A stretch of 63,668 nucleotides of DNA, filler included, from Octopus bimaculoides (GCF_001194135.2; 9 parts of 8 records of this genome joined end to end with filler, not necessarily neighbours in it); one strand, 5' to 3'. Positions 1-11,944 are shown, counted from the first letter of the whole stretch. A program made the numbers and translations. Notes: generated by a model not told the origin, from the letters alone.

Positions 1-35
<35 letters not shown>

Positions 36-100
36 TTGTATGTGTGTATGTATATATGTGTGTGTGTGTGTGTGTGTGTATGTTTGTGTGTCTGTGTTTG
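1..100. repeat. (TATG)n/(TG)n microsatellite, the internal simple repeat of a SINE whose 3' half follows
   Basis: Direct sequence; the same microsatellite-then-3'-half layout occurs in the SINE copies at 24625-25340 and 58906-59215. Confidence 0.85.
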
Positions 101-300
101 TTCCCCCCACCATCGCTTGACAACCGATGCTGGTGTGTTTACGCCCCCGTAAATTAGCGATTCGGCAAAAGAGACCGATAGAATAAGTACTAGGCTTACA
201 AAGAATAAGTCTTGGGGTCTATTTGTTCGACGAAAGACGGTGCTCCAGCATGACCGCAGTCAAATTACTGAAACAAATTAAAAAGAAAAAAAGAAAAAAG
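101..300 (+). mobile_element. SINE family C (CORE-like, internal microsatellite), 3' half
   Basis: GATGCTGGTGTGTTTACG...GGGGTC...GGTGCTCCAGCATG.CCGCAGTCAAAT.ACTGAAACAA matches 25185-25340 and 59139-59215. Confidence 0.8.
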
Positions 301-2077
301 TATAGACAGGGCACTGATCCCACTCTCAAACGAACTAAGTTACACCAGGTATGGGTTCAAAGTGTATAATATTATGGTAAACCATCTGTTTTATATGGAC
401 GATCCGAAGCTGTTTGCGAGAAATGACGAAGGGCTAGTAGGGCAGTTAAAAACTGTTAAAGAGATCAGCAATGACATCGGAATGGATTTTAGCCTTGATA
501 AACGTGCGAAAGCAAATTTGTAAGAGGCATGCGCAAACAAACAGTTTCCATTAAATTAGATACCGACACCACCATCAAGGAGCTTGATCCGCGAGAAAGC
601 TATAAATACCTGGGGATAAACGAAGGAAATGGTATAAAACATGGTACTATGAAGGAAAAAGATAAGAAAAGAGTATTACAAGAGAGTAAGACTCATACTA
701 AAAACTGAACTCAACTCCAAAAATCACATCGAATCCCTTAACACTCTAGCACTTCCAGTAGGCCAATACAGTTTTAACATCTTTAACTGGAAGCTTACAG
801 AGCTCCAACGCCTGGACAGGAAGACAAGAAAACTACTAACATCTAAGAACATGCACCACCCAAACCAGACGTTGATCGTCGGTACCTACCTAGAAGTTAT
901 AGGGGAAGAGGAATGGTGCAGGTAGAACTGTGCTATAAAACCTCCACAATAGCAATGAACAAGTACTAATCTAGTACAGAGGACTGTATGCTGCGGCAAA
1001 AATTACATTCTATTGTCAAGGAAGCTTGCAAATTCGCAAGGGAACTCGGCATTAACCTTGAATTAGATGAAAAACCTGAAACGACTGCCACCAAACAAGC
1101 AAAACGGACCAGACTGCAAAGAAGAACGGGCAGAAACAAATTGAGAAGCGGTGGAGCCAGAAGCCTCTGCACGGTCAGTATATACATCGAAGCCGAAATG
1201 CTGATATAGAATCAAACAACAACCCATCAGTGGCTGAGAAGCTTAGGGCTGAAAGCAGAGACTGTTTCACATTAGTGGTACAATATCAAAGCTTCTTTAT
1301 CAAAAACTACCAGGCTAACGTTCTTCAAAACGGTTCTGACTCTAAATGCAGATTCTGCGATAAATTTGATGAAACAATAGGCCACCTCATTTTGGGATGT
1401 CCTGTGCTGACACCAAACGAATACAAAAATCGCCACGATAGGGTAGGACAATATTTATATTGCAAAAAACATGTAAATATTACGAAATCAACACTCTTGC
1501 TTACTGGTATGAACATCATCCTGAGCCAGTCGTTGAAGGTAAAAATGTTACTATCCTCTGGGATTTTCCAGTCGATACCGACAGAACAATCCAAGTCAAT
1601 CAACAATTAAAGACAGGGAAGAAAATACTTGTAGGTTAAAAGATGTGTTCCCACTGATAAAAATATACCTGTAAAGGGATTTGACAAGCTGGGTAAATAT
1701 AAGGACCTGGAAATTGAAATACAAAAGATGTGGCGTCTTATTGTAGGTGTCGTAGGTATGATAAAAAAGGGATGTCAAAGACATCTAGATGATATTCCAG
1801 GAGAACCTTTTTTCAGAAAAATCCAAAACATTGTGCTGATAAATACTGCCCACATCCTTAGACAAACCCTATCAATTTAAATACCTGTGTTGTGTTATAT
1901 GAAGATATTTCGCTGCTGCACCTCACACTTTCCCTACCCAAGCTTTCAGTCGCTCTGTAACATTTTTTTAATCCTTCGCTAGCCCTAGGACGCCGTGTGT
2001 GTCCCTGCAAGTGATTGTAACAAACATGCAGGTTAAAAGTAAATAATGATAATAACAACAACAACAACAATAATAAT
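301..2077 (+). mobile_element. Degraded non-LTR retrotransposon with restriction-like endonuclease (R4/Dong-like): RT C-terminal half, CCHC knuckle, RLE, 3' UTR, (AAC/AAT)n tail
   Basis: Frameshifted translation gives NHLFYMDD, SYKYLGINE, LDRKTRKLL, CRFCDKFDETIGHLILGC (1348-), RHD (1431-1439), ILWDF, KYKDLEIEIQKMW, TAHILRQTLSI* (stop 1878-1880); tail 2042-2077. Confidence 0.92.
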
Positions 2078-2225
2078 CCCTTCTATTACACGCACAAGAT
2101 CTGAAATCTTCGGGAAGGCGTATAGCCGATTACATCGGCTTCGGTGATCAACTGGTACTTATTTTATCGACTCCAGAAAGATGAAAATCTAAGTCGATGT
2201 AAGCGAAATTTGAACAGTGAACGAA
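2078..2225 (-). mobile_element. tRNA-derived SINE family A, partial, tail-to-tail with the R4-like LINE
   Basis: Reverse complement of the family A body (CAACTGGTACTTATTTTATCGAC..GAAAGATGAAA...AATTTGAAC). Confidence 0.75.
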
Positions 2226-2289
2226 AAATGATAATAATAATGATGATTTAAAAAAAAAAAGAAAAACTACCTTCTTGCGGTAGACAGAA

Positions 2290-2505
2290 ATGGCTATATA
2301 CATCATCTATCAGTTCGTCGCAACTTTAACCCCATGACCCCAGCAGCTATCAGCTTTCAATGGTACTCATTATCATTTCAGTAGACTGAGGTAGCATAAA
2401 GTGAAATGCCTTGCTTAAAGACAATGAATAGCTTACTCAGAAAGCCGAACCCAAGACTTAACGATTGGCAACTCAACACCCCAACCACTTCCCCACATGC
2501 CTTCA
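2290..2505 (-). mobile_element. Old tRNA/CORE-like SINE
   Basis: Minus strand reads as a tRNA-like head followed by GTCTTTAAGCAAGGCATTTCACTT (CORE-like); highly diverged. Confidence 0.45.
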
Positions 2506-3454
2506 TCAAGCTATATATAATCAGGCCAATATAATTCTATCCATTACCAATGTAATGGATAGAATAACCACTATGTTGCGGTAAATTTAATTTTATACAC
2601 TTAAAATGGTATTACTATTTAACAATATGAACATTAATTGTTTCGTATAGCGCAATCTATACACATACATACACACAAACGCACACATACTATAATACTA
2701 TATATGTATATAGGTATACATGCACGCACACACACAAAAACACACATATATGTACAGAGAAAGAGCGAGAGAGGGAAAGGGAGAAAGAGAGAGAGGAAGA
2801 GGGAGAAAGAGAGAGAGAGAGGGAGAGAGTGGTAATATTATGCTTGAATTAGCTAATTCATTTTAGGACATGTTTTCCATATCTTCTCGTTTCCCTGCCG
2901 CATGAATAGTGATATGAAAATAATTACAACTATTTATAAAGAAATATAATCATTCCTAAAGCTTTATTGCTAAGAACCAAACAGTTGTAGAGTAGCAGCT
3001 CATTAGTAGAGCGATGTGCAACGGTTGTCGTCTGTAGTGCTAAACTCTGAAGAATGGCGTCGTGATATATATTTAAATGGTAGCCATATGCATTGCTTTC
3101 AACCTACCTTAATGGCAATTATATCACAGAATTTATTGCCAACTAAATTAATGCTTCTATTTGTTGCTTGGTGACAGTATAGTTGTAGAAGAGATAGAGT
3201 GCGATGCCAAAGGCTGTATTGCATTTAGTTCTGTTTGTACATGTAAAAGAGATATTCTTTGAGTTCAAATACTAGCATCCAGATTTTTGTCCTCTTTGTT
3301 ATTGTTTTAACCCCTTCTTGGGACAAAATAAGCGAGTCCTGAGCTTATTTTCTTTCTTCATCTCTAGAACGTACATGGCTGATCCGGTTTCTCTGGCAAA
3401 GTAAGCGAGATCACTACCATTCCTCCGAACGGGCGCCGTCCGTTGTAGTATTCA

Positions 3455-3605
3455 AGGCTAGCAATTTGAAGAGGGAGGATAACTCAATTGCATCGACTCT
3501 AGTACTTGACTGATACTTTATTTTATCGACCTTGAAGGGATGAAAAGTAAAGTTGACATCGGCAGGATTTGAACTCACGACGTAAAGAGCTAAAAGAAAT
3601 ATCGC
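3455..3605 (-). mobile_element. SINE family A, partial
   Basis: ATCGACCTTGAAGGGATGAAAAGTAAAGTTGACATCGGCAGGATTTGAACTC matches family A in antisense. Confidence 0.75.
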
Positions 3606-3674
3606 TTGACTGATATATTGGACTGGTTTTCTTCGGTATCTACCGCATATTTGGAGTCATATTAGCTCACACCA

Positions 3675-3882
3675 GGGCGGCGAGCTGGAAGAATCTTTAG
3701 CATGCTGCTTAAAATTCTTAGCGGCATTTCGTCCGTCTTTGTGTTCTGAGTTCAAATTCCAACAAGGTCGACTTTGCCTTTCATTAGGTCGATAAAATAA
3801 GTACCAGTTGAACACTGGAGGGATGTAACTGACTTCACCCCAACCCTGAAATTGCTGGCCTTGTGCCAAAATTTGAAACCAA
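3675..3882 (+). mobile_element. SINE family A, full length (~205 bp)
   Basis: GGCGGCGAGCTGG head, B-box-like GAGTTCAAATTCC, GTCGACTTTGCCTTTCAT core, end GCCTTGTGCCAAAATTTGAAACCAAT. Confidence 0.9.
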
Positions 3883-4522
3883 TATCAACACGCACCAAAA
3901 TGACACCAATTTGCATATCTTATTGGTTATTAGAGGGGGGTGATGTATTTGACAGAAACATTAAAGCGCCGAACTAGTTTACTTATACTAATGCCGGACA
4001 GTTTAGCACCACCTTTCTGGCCCTTCGATGTTTTCAATGAATTCACTGAGCTTCAAAAATTCGGTTCTCTTTTAGGTCGCATTAATTTTTCTGTAGGTTT
4101 TCAAAGGTTTTCTCTCACATCAGTCTCACCCGTTTGAGTGTTTGTTAAGGTCAAGGTCATTGTTTCTTTTTAGTGGCTAGCTTACAATAAAAAAAAAGGA
4201 AAAAAAAAATTCGTATCTTAGTATTCATAATATGGATTCTACAAAGACTGAATTTGTCTTCTGTTCCTGCAGAATCACTTACCATATTCTGGTCTGTCAA
4301 TCAATTAATATAGCTTCTTTAAATACATGGTTTTGTACCGACGTCTTGGAATTTATTCTTTTACATTTGCTATTTTTGAGAAAGGTTAATGAATTGTTTG
4401 TGATACTTAAGCTTTTACTTAGGAAGCATCAGTTACTGCAACCAGTAATTGGAACCGCGGTTTGGTAATCGTTGCCCGAAAGTGTATATTGTTATTCAGT
4501 GCACTACTAATAAAGAATAAGG

Positions 4523-4830
4523 TGAAAGCGCGTGGCTCAGCGGTTAAGGTATTCGGCCCTTGACTGTAAGGTTGCGAGGTCGATTCTCTGCGGGACGTTG
4601 TGTCCTTGATCAAGGCACTTTATTTTATGTTGCTCCATTCCACTCAACTGGCAACAATAAGGGTTGAGGTCTGCAATTCAAAGGACCGACCTTTCACATT
4701 CTTTGTACCCTAAAATCTACGTTAAGGGTACATGTATCTGTGAAAAGCTAGGTCATTTGCACTTCAATTTCACGAGCTGGCGAGTCCATTGATCAGATGG
4801 ACTGATCCACATCGTAATCGACAGAATGCC
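4523..4830 (+). mobile_element. tRNA-derived SINE with CORE-like middle and family-B-type 3' domain
   Basis: A-box TGGCTCAGCGG, GTTGTGTCCTTGATCAAGGCACTTT, then CTACGTTAAGGGTACA...TTGCAC.TCAATTTCACGAG shared with 5982-6375. Confidence 0.7.
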
Positions 4831-4899
4831 AGTTATACAAAACATATACTTAGCATTTCGAGCAGGGAGATGGAAACAGTATCATATGACAATAGGATT

Positions 4900-5055
4900 C
4901 ATTCATTAATTAATCTCAAGTTCCCGGCTCTTTATGTTCTGAGTTCAAATCACCATTGCCTTTCATCCTTTTGGAGTCGATAAAATAAAGTTCCAGTCAA
5001 GTTCGGGCGTCAACACAGTCAACTAATCTCTCCCCATACAATTGCTAAACTTGTT
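4900..5055 (+). mobile_element. SINE family A, diverged
   Basis: TTCTGAGTTCAAAT...GCCTTTCATCCTTTTGGAGTCGATAAAATAAAG. Confidence 0.7.
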
Positions 5056-5793
5056 ATTTATTATTTATTCCAAGTGTACTTTCACGAGATATTTATAGAA
5101 CTGTGACTCGATCGTCGAAGTGATTAGTTTAAACGTTGCACAGAAACCACGGAAGAATTTTTAATTAGTGTTTAAATTAATTAAGTCTGCGTTAATTCTG
5201 CAATCCTCATCACTACATGGTCATGACCACAAGGCTGCTGATTGGATATATTTGACAACCTAAATATCGTTTGTTAGTTCTACACAAATTGACTCAATCT
5301 GTAATGTTGAAAATGAAGTCACTCACTTATCATGGCTATCATGTAAACGATGATGGAGAAATTGGAAAACTTACGTGTTTTTGCGTGCAAATTGACCATC
5401 TTTTTACATGACAGTTGTAGAGAGAAGAGATGTAATGAGATAGGGGTTAGAGATGTATTGGTGGTGATGCAAGTGACGTAAAGGTAGGGCAACAAAGGAG
5501 AAAATATGAGAACATCAAATGACAAGAGAGAAAATAAGAGATGTATGAAAAAAAAAATTGAGATGGTTGCAGAGGGCGTGAAAGGGAAAATGGGATTTAT
5601 AGACTNNNNNNNNNNAAATTGAGATGGTTGCAGAGGGCGTGAAAGGGAAAATGGGATTTATAGACTGAAGTGAGCGGGGAGGAAGGAAAAGCAGAATGAA
5701 GGCATGAACGAGAAGAGATATGGATAGCGAAGCGAGGGTAAACGAAGAACTAGGGGAGTGTAAGAGAATGGTATATAGAGAACTGGACAAAAT

Positions 5794-5844
<51 letters not shown>

Positions 5845-5981
5845 AGTGAGACTGGAAGGGAGATATGAAAGTAAAACTAGGAAGATGCGGTGGAACAAAG
5901 AGTGGAGTATTGGGAGAGACAAGATGAGTAAGAAAAGAAAGATCCAGCAAATTAGGATACAGTATGAAGTAAAACTGTGGA

Positions 5982-6375
5982 GGCGCAATGGCTCAGTGGT
6001 TAGGGCAGCGGACTCGCGGTCATAAGATCGCGGTCATAAGATCCCGGTTTCGATTCCCAGACCGGGCGTTGTGAGTGTTTATTGAGCGAAAACACCTAAA
6101 GCTCCACGAGGCTCCGGCAGGAGATGGTGGCGAACCCTGCTGTACTCTTTCACCACAACTTTCTCTCACTCTTACTTCCTGTTTCTGTTGTGCCCGTAAT
6201 TCAAAGGGTTAGACTTGTCACACTGGGTCACGCTGAATATCCTTGAGAACTACGTTAAGGGTACACGTGTGTGTGGAGTGCTCAGCCACTTGCACATTAA
6301 TTTCACGAGCAGGCTGTTCCGTTGATCGGATCAACTGAAACCCTTGACGTCGTAAGCGATGGAGTGCCAACAACA
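5982..6375 (+). mobile_element. tRNA-derived SINE family B, full length, with TSD
   Basis: A-box TGGCTCAGTGG, B-box GGTTTCGATTCC, internal GCGGTCATAAGATC duplication, (AAC) tail; 15-bp TSD with 2 mismatches at 5964-5978 and 6376-6390; near-identical body at 23095-23358. Confidence 0.92.
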
Positions 6376-6525
6376 ATGAAGTAAAGCTATAAAAATGAGG
6401 GAAAAGAAGGGGAGGTATACATGAAGTAAAGAATGACAGTCAACCATAGGAGAAAGAACAATGAGGAGGAGGAAGAGGGCAAGGAATGTGGAAAGCTGTA
6501 AAATAAGATGAAGTGAAAGAAAAAG

Positions 6526-6567
<42 letters not shown>

Positions 6568-6664
6568 TACAGAGAAAGAAGAGTTGAGAGAATGAAGGGA
6601 GGATCTAAGAAGTTGATAAAATTTCAAATGATGCATGAAAATGAAAGTTGTATCATAATACTTT

Positions 6665-6815
6665 CTATTAATAGTACAGGATCTGAAAATTTGGGGGACA
6701 GACTAGTCGATTACATCAACCCGTTGCCTAACTGGTACTCATTTATCATCACCGAAGGATGAGAGGTGAAGCGACCATCGTGGAATCTGAAATCAGAACG
6801 CAAATAAATTGTTCG
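6665..6815 (-). mobile_element. SINE family A, partial
   Basis: Antisense match: ACAGGATCTGAAAATTTGGGG...AACTGGTACTCATTTATC...GAAGGATGA. Confidence 0.7.
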
Positions 6816-7671
6816 TATATCATATATAAATATAAACTTTGAGATCCCTTCAAATATGTTTGGAGTGTATTTGGCCAGTAAAAGGGACACTTTTTACTGC
6901 GGTTTGCCGTGGAGAAAATGCTCGCTTTCGGCAACAAGGAGAATCTTGTTTTATTTCTCCCTTTTTTACTTCTTTCTCCAGTTTTGAGTCACCTTTTTTG
7001 ACAATCCATGAAGATACATTTACCGTTTTCTCTACAGATTACATACAAGTTCCTCCGTGATTTTTTTTAGGGGGGGGGGTAGGGGGTACAAATCTGGGAT
7101 CTCTGGCCGTATTTCAATACTGCTTATTACGTCAGGATGACTTGGCATCAATTTCCAATATATTTCATCACGACATGGTATTTTGCCATCAGTTTTGTGT
7201 GTAGCATTTAGAATTCGGTTGGGATTTAACGCACACATGGGAAATATTTTTGTCTAGGGAATGTTGATGCTGACACCTACAATTGCTTTTGGAGTAACAT
7301 AGGGGGGGGAGAGAGAGAGAGAGTTTATAAGGAATGTAAGACAGGATGAAGATTCACTTTGAGGGGAGAACACCGCTTTTGGGACATAGTTGTTATTTTT
7401 ATTGTTATTATGAGAGGTCTCATAGCATTTCCAAATAATTCATTTTTTTTTTCTTTATAGATGCTCTAGTAGTTGTAGATGGCACTATTTCGCCCTCCTT
7501 ATGGGCTCCGCAGTACAAAATATCTTGGGATCATGAAATTAGTTGGTCGATGTTAATTTAAGACCTTTAAGAATTATATTGGATCCATTTTCTTCTTTTT
7601 TGCTTACTTTCTTAACAGTGGAGAAAATTAGTGAAGAGATAAAGGCAGGGATATGTATATACATATATATA

Positions 7672-8949
7672 CAAGGTGGGGCAGAGAGGGCTATTTCTCA
7701 CCCCCAGGAGAGAAGTACATATGTCTGACAGGTACCATTCGGTCCGTGGTGTCTTAACATTTTTTCTTTTCAGGTGAAACCATGGTGCTGTGGACGATAG
7801 AACATAATGCGCTTAGCTACGTCAGTTACATGAAGAATAACGAGTCTATCACAGCAGTTCAGCGTGAGCTTCGGCGCCACTTCAACACTCACCGAAATCA
7901 GGCTGTTCCCACCCGTAACTTAATCTTATGCTGGGTGAAAGCACTTCGTACACGTTGTACACTAACGAATATGAGACTGGTAGGGGCGCCACGAACGGTA
8001 CAAACACCGGAAAATGTGGAACACGTCAGTCAAGCTTTGATACGAAGTCAGAATCGCTCTGCTCAGAGGCATTCCACTGAAATTGGCATCGGTAATCGAT
8101 CGGTAAGGTGTATTTTGCATGAAGACCTGCATTTACACATATATAAATTGGTCCATTTGGCAACAGTTGAAGCCATGGGACTATGCACAGCGGTTTAACT
8201 TCGCACGTCAGATGTAAGCAATTTTTGAGGCAAATAGTAACCACATTTTGTTAATGAGTGATGAAGCTCATTTTCATCTCAATGGCTTGGTGAATCAACA
8301 GAACTGTCATTATTGGGCTCTTGAAAATCAGAAAGACCACTGCACAGCCCAAAAGTTGTTGGAAAAGCTGCCATCATTGGTCCTTACTTTTCTTAAGACA
8401 ATAATGTAAATGCTGTTACGGCGAACTCCGATCGAGATGATAAACAACTTCTTTTTGCCTGAATTACGATGAAAACGTATGCCTATTCGACGTGTTTGGT
8501 TTCAGCAGTATGGGACAACGGTCCACACAGCTAGAGCATAAATGGACGTTCTTCGCCCTCTCTTCGGTGACTGCCTTATTTCCAGGTTTGCTGACATTCC
8601 TTACCCCCCCACCACGGTCCCTTATTAGTCCATATGTGATTATTTCTTGTGGGTAAATATCAAGGCAAGTGTATATGCGCACAAGCCCTGTACGTTGGAC
8701 GATTTGAAAGAAGCTATTCGCGTGGAAGTTGCCCAAATCGACATAGCAATGCTAGAGAGAGTCTAACTTCCAAGAACGCCTTCAGAAATTCATCAATGAA
8801 AACGGATACCACATAATGGATATTGTTTTCCACACTTGATTTTGATAAATGCTAATTCAATACGAACACATTGGTGTCAATGAAATTAGCAGCTAAAATT
8901 AATGATTTTGTGAATCTTTCAAAAACGTCCGTCCTCTTGCTCCACGTTG
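7672..8949 (+). mobile_element. Full-length decayed Tc1/mariner DNA transposon, DD41D-like (rosa/Visitor) family
   Basis: Imperfect TIRs CAAGGTGGGGCAGAGAGG / CCTCTTGCTCCACGTTG flanked by TA (7670-7671, 8950-8951); transposase relic 7782-8839 with N-terminal HTH, SDEAHFHLNG.VNQQN, WFQQ(Y)GTT.HTA and CDYFLW, about 41-42 residues between the 2nd and 3rd catalytic positions; stops and frameshifts. Confidence 0.9.
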
Positions 8950-9559
8950 TATATATCAATATACAAGGATAAGGTCCAAGGATCCTAACGTAGGAAGTTT
9001 GTAAACTTCGAGTAGTCCGTGGCAGGTATAGAGAATAAAAAGTGGGCAGTGTACGATAAGGAATGATAGCAACTTATTTACATATAGCTGGTTATACACT
9101 TTTCTCCCATATAGAAATTACGAGGAAATTCGATAAACTGATAGTNNNNNNNNNNNNNNNNNNNNNNNNNNNNNNNNNNNNNNNNNNNNTTAATTAATTA
9201 ANNNNNNNNNNNNNNNNNNNNNNNNNNNNNNNNNNNNNNNNNNNNTATACATATATACATACATATATATATATGTATGTATGTGTGTGTAGGTGTGTTC
9301 CCTTGTTTTTACATCAAGAGATGGCTGCAAATCTTCAAGCAATGTCTTGTTTCTAATATTCCATGAAAATACGTCCAGCTATAGGAAAAAATATTACCTT
9401 GCTTGTAAACAGATGAGCGCTGGTAACAGGAAGGGCAGCAGGCCTTAAAATATCTACTTCGTGGAGGAAAGATTAGTTGAGGAAATTGTTGAAGGGTGAT
9501 GGATAATTGTGCATACAGACATTTTGGTTCCAGAACTCTAGCTTTGTTGAAATTTTCAT

Positions 9560-10095
9560 GGCTTCTCAAGCATTGCACATTGCCAGATATCTCAATCCTT
9601 TATCATCTCCTCTATGAGATTCAAACTCCAGAGATTATCCTTCACTACATCACCCCCATGTCTTCTTGAGTCTCACTCTTCCACAAGTTCCATCCACTTT
9701 AAGCAATCTCGTACATGCTACATCAGATTCCTCTTATGCCTAACGTTTCTCTCAATTCACCAGCTGTTTGTCATACATGAACACTAACATTGCAATTCCA
9801 GATGAGCATACTAATTTCATCCCTATCTAGTCTACACACGACCCCTACATTCAGGGCCCAAGTCTCACTATCATGTAACATTGCATTTTGTACATAAGCA
9901 TCATATCTGCTTTTCACTTAGAAATAGTTATGTTTTTTCCAGCAGAGGTAACAGCTCTCTGAAAATGTTCTCTCTTATTCTTATTCTAGCAACTGCACTT
10001 TCAGTTCATCCACTCCCACTGCAAATTAGGTCACCTAGGTAATAAAAACGATCTACTACAACTACGGAGCCTCTAATGTACTTTAGAAAATCTAT
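9560..10095 (-). mobile_element. RTE-clade LINE, 3' fragment
   Basis: Minus translation VDRFYYLGDLIC...ARIRI...FRELLPLL...VDGTCGRVRLKKTW...VKDNLWSLNL, matching the RTE ORF C-terminus. Confidence 0.85.
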
Positions 10096-10552
10096 TGCCC
10101 AAATGTCCTTAGTGTTCATTGTTCCGGTACATTTTCTTTATATAAGCACTAGTTTCTGTTAACCATAATGCCTGTTGGCCTATGACCTCTTAAAAAATAT
10201 GAAGGTGGTAACGATAGATATAAACAATGGGGATTATCTCCCTTTGTTGCTGGTCTTCGGCTTTCGGCTGTGGTTCTCTTTCGGCTACGCCATCTATCGC
10301 CTATGAGGGTAAAAAATAGAGGGTTATCTCCTATTCCCATCAGTAGTCAAATTCCGGCCGTGTTGTAATTGTCTCTAATACCGCTATTATCGCTATTATG
10401 CGGTTCCAAAATGCCAAAAGGCTCGAAACGTGAAATCCTCTTTCTTTTCTTTCCTTTCCCGAGAGTCCAATAACATAGTACTTGTACCACGTCCTCACGT
10501 TGTTGTTTTTTCTTGTTTGTTCTTCTTTGGGTTGACTATATATATATACATA

Positions 10553-10974
10553 CTAGCAGTTGATCGGGTAATTGTTTTTAATCTTTCTCAGGAGCCACAT
10601 TCAAAGTATTATTATATATATAATTTACTCCTCCTGTTTGTGTGTATTCTATAAGAGAAAAACATGTAATAATTGAAGTAGAATAAGACCAATTTCACAC
10701 GCGAACTTCTGTTTGTTTATTATAAGACAATAATAAGTGAGTTGATACATCTCTCTAATTGATATTGTTTAACTTGATAGTCCGTATTCTCAAGGAGAAT
10801 TGAAATATTCAGTTTTGAATCTGATCCAGTGTGAGTCTACCCCTACAGGTTTGCTATCTTTACTTTCATTTTGACAGATAGTTTCGAACCAAGGTGAGGC
10901 TACTCCTATAGATTTGCTATTTTACTTTCATTTTGACACAAACAGACAGAAATTCAATTATATATATATATAGA
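10553..10974 (-). mobile_element. Non-autonomous Helitron-like element
   Basis: Minus strand A|TCTATATATATATAATTGAATTTCTGTCTG ... CTGCTAG|T (TC...CTAG ends at an AT site); internal ~70-bp spaced direct repeat; no clear subterminal hairpin. Confidence 0.55.
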
Positions 10975-11344
10975 TAGAATAGAAGATATATATATATAAA
11001 ATCATGCATATGTAAGTATGTGTATGAATGAAAGAAAGAAACAATATATAAATATATATATATATATANNNNNNNNNNATTCAGGCCAGAAACCTATGTT
11101 CACATCGTCGTTATCTGTTCATGTCAGATACAATGAGATGATTAGGTAAACTATATTTTCTCTCAACGGAAATTCATTATCTCAATGATTATTTGATCGT
11201 TTATCCCCTATTTAATATCTCCCACCTACCTTTATCTCATCATCACCTACATTAATTGCTTTGTCTGTCAATTATTTCTTTCCGCCTTCGCATTTTTTTT
11301 TATATATTCAGACAAAGGGTCTTGCTGTAGTAGTTGTTGTTGTT

Positions 11345-11497
11345 GCTTTTATCATTACAGTCTGAGTTCAAAATATGTCAAAGTCAACTTAGCCATTTGT
11401 ACTTTCGGAGTCAATAAAAGAAGTTCTAGTTTGAGCAGTTATCCCTTCCCTCCTAAAATTGCTGGCCTTGTGCCAAAATTAAAAAATTATTATTATT
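11345..11497 (+). mobile_element. SINE family A ending in (ATT)n
   Basis: CTGAGTTCAAA...GTCAACTTAGCC...GCTGGCCTTGTGCCAAAATT followed by ATTATTATTATT. Confidence 0.75.
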
Positions 11498-11858
11498 GTT
11501 CAGTAGTTTTATTTTTATAACGTGCTTTCACTTCACTACCGAGCGCAGCTCAGTGCGCCTTGGATATGTGCTGTGGTTTGCTGTGATGCTCTTATGGTTA
11601 CTGTATTGAAAGTGTTTTGCGTAGGATGTGTGCAGTGCCCAGTAGTGCAATTTTCTGTATGTTATATATATTTGTAAGTCCTGGTGTTTTTGTTATGTAT
11701 TTGTCTGAATATTTTTTTATTATACCTAAGGCACCTACTATGATAGGAATTGTTTCTGTTTTTAGATTCCACATTCGAGTTACCTCTATTTCCAGGTCTT
11801 TGTATTTTGAAAGTTTTTCCATTTCTTTTAGAGAAACGTTGTCATCTGCTGGTATTGA

Positions 11859-11859
<1 letters not shown>
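11498..11859 (-). mobile_element. 5'-truncated R4/Dong-like RLE retrotransposon (endonuclease C-terminus and 3' UTR)
   Basis: Open frame SIPADDNVSLKEMEKLSKYKDLEIEVTRMWNLKTETIPIIVGALG...GTAHILRKTLSIQ*, homologous to the end of the 301-2077 element; flanked on both sides by AAT repeats. Confidence 0.92.

Positions 11860-11930
<71 letters not shown>
11860..11930. repeat. (ATT)n microsatellite
   Basis: Direct sequence. Confidence 0.98.
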
Positions 11931-11944
11931 CATTATCACTATCA

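Noticed and set aside
4272-4385. Perfect minus-strand donor (ATG|GTAAGT) overlapping a good plus-strand acceptor
   Set aside because: All three minus frames close within ~60 nt, and the plus frame lacks a good donor or recognisable protein; unsupported.
5555-5665. 50-bp exact duplication around a 10-N gap
   Set aside because: Typical negative-gap scaffolding artefact.
5982-6070. tRNA-like sequence with A and B boxes
   Set aside because: It is a SINE head: it continues into a repeat body, is bounded by a TSD, and has no complete cloverleaf.
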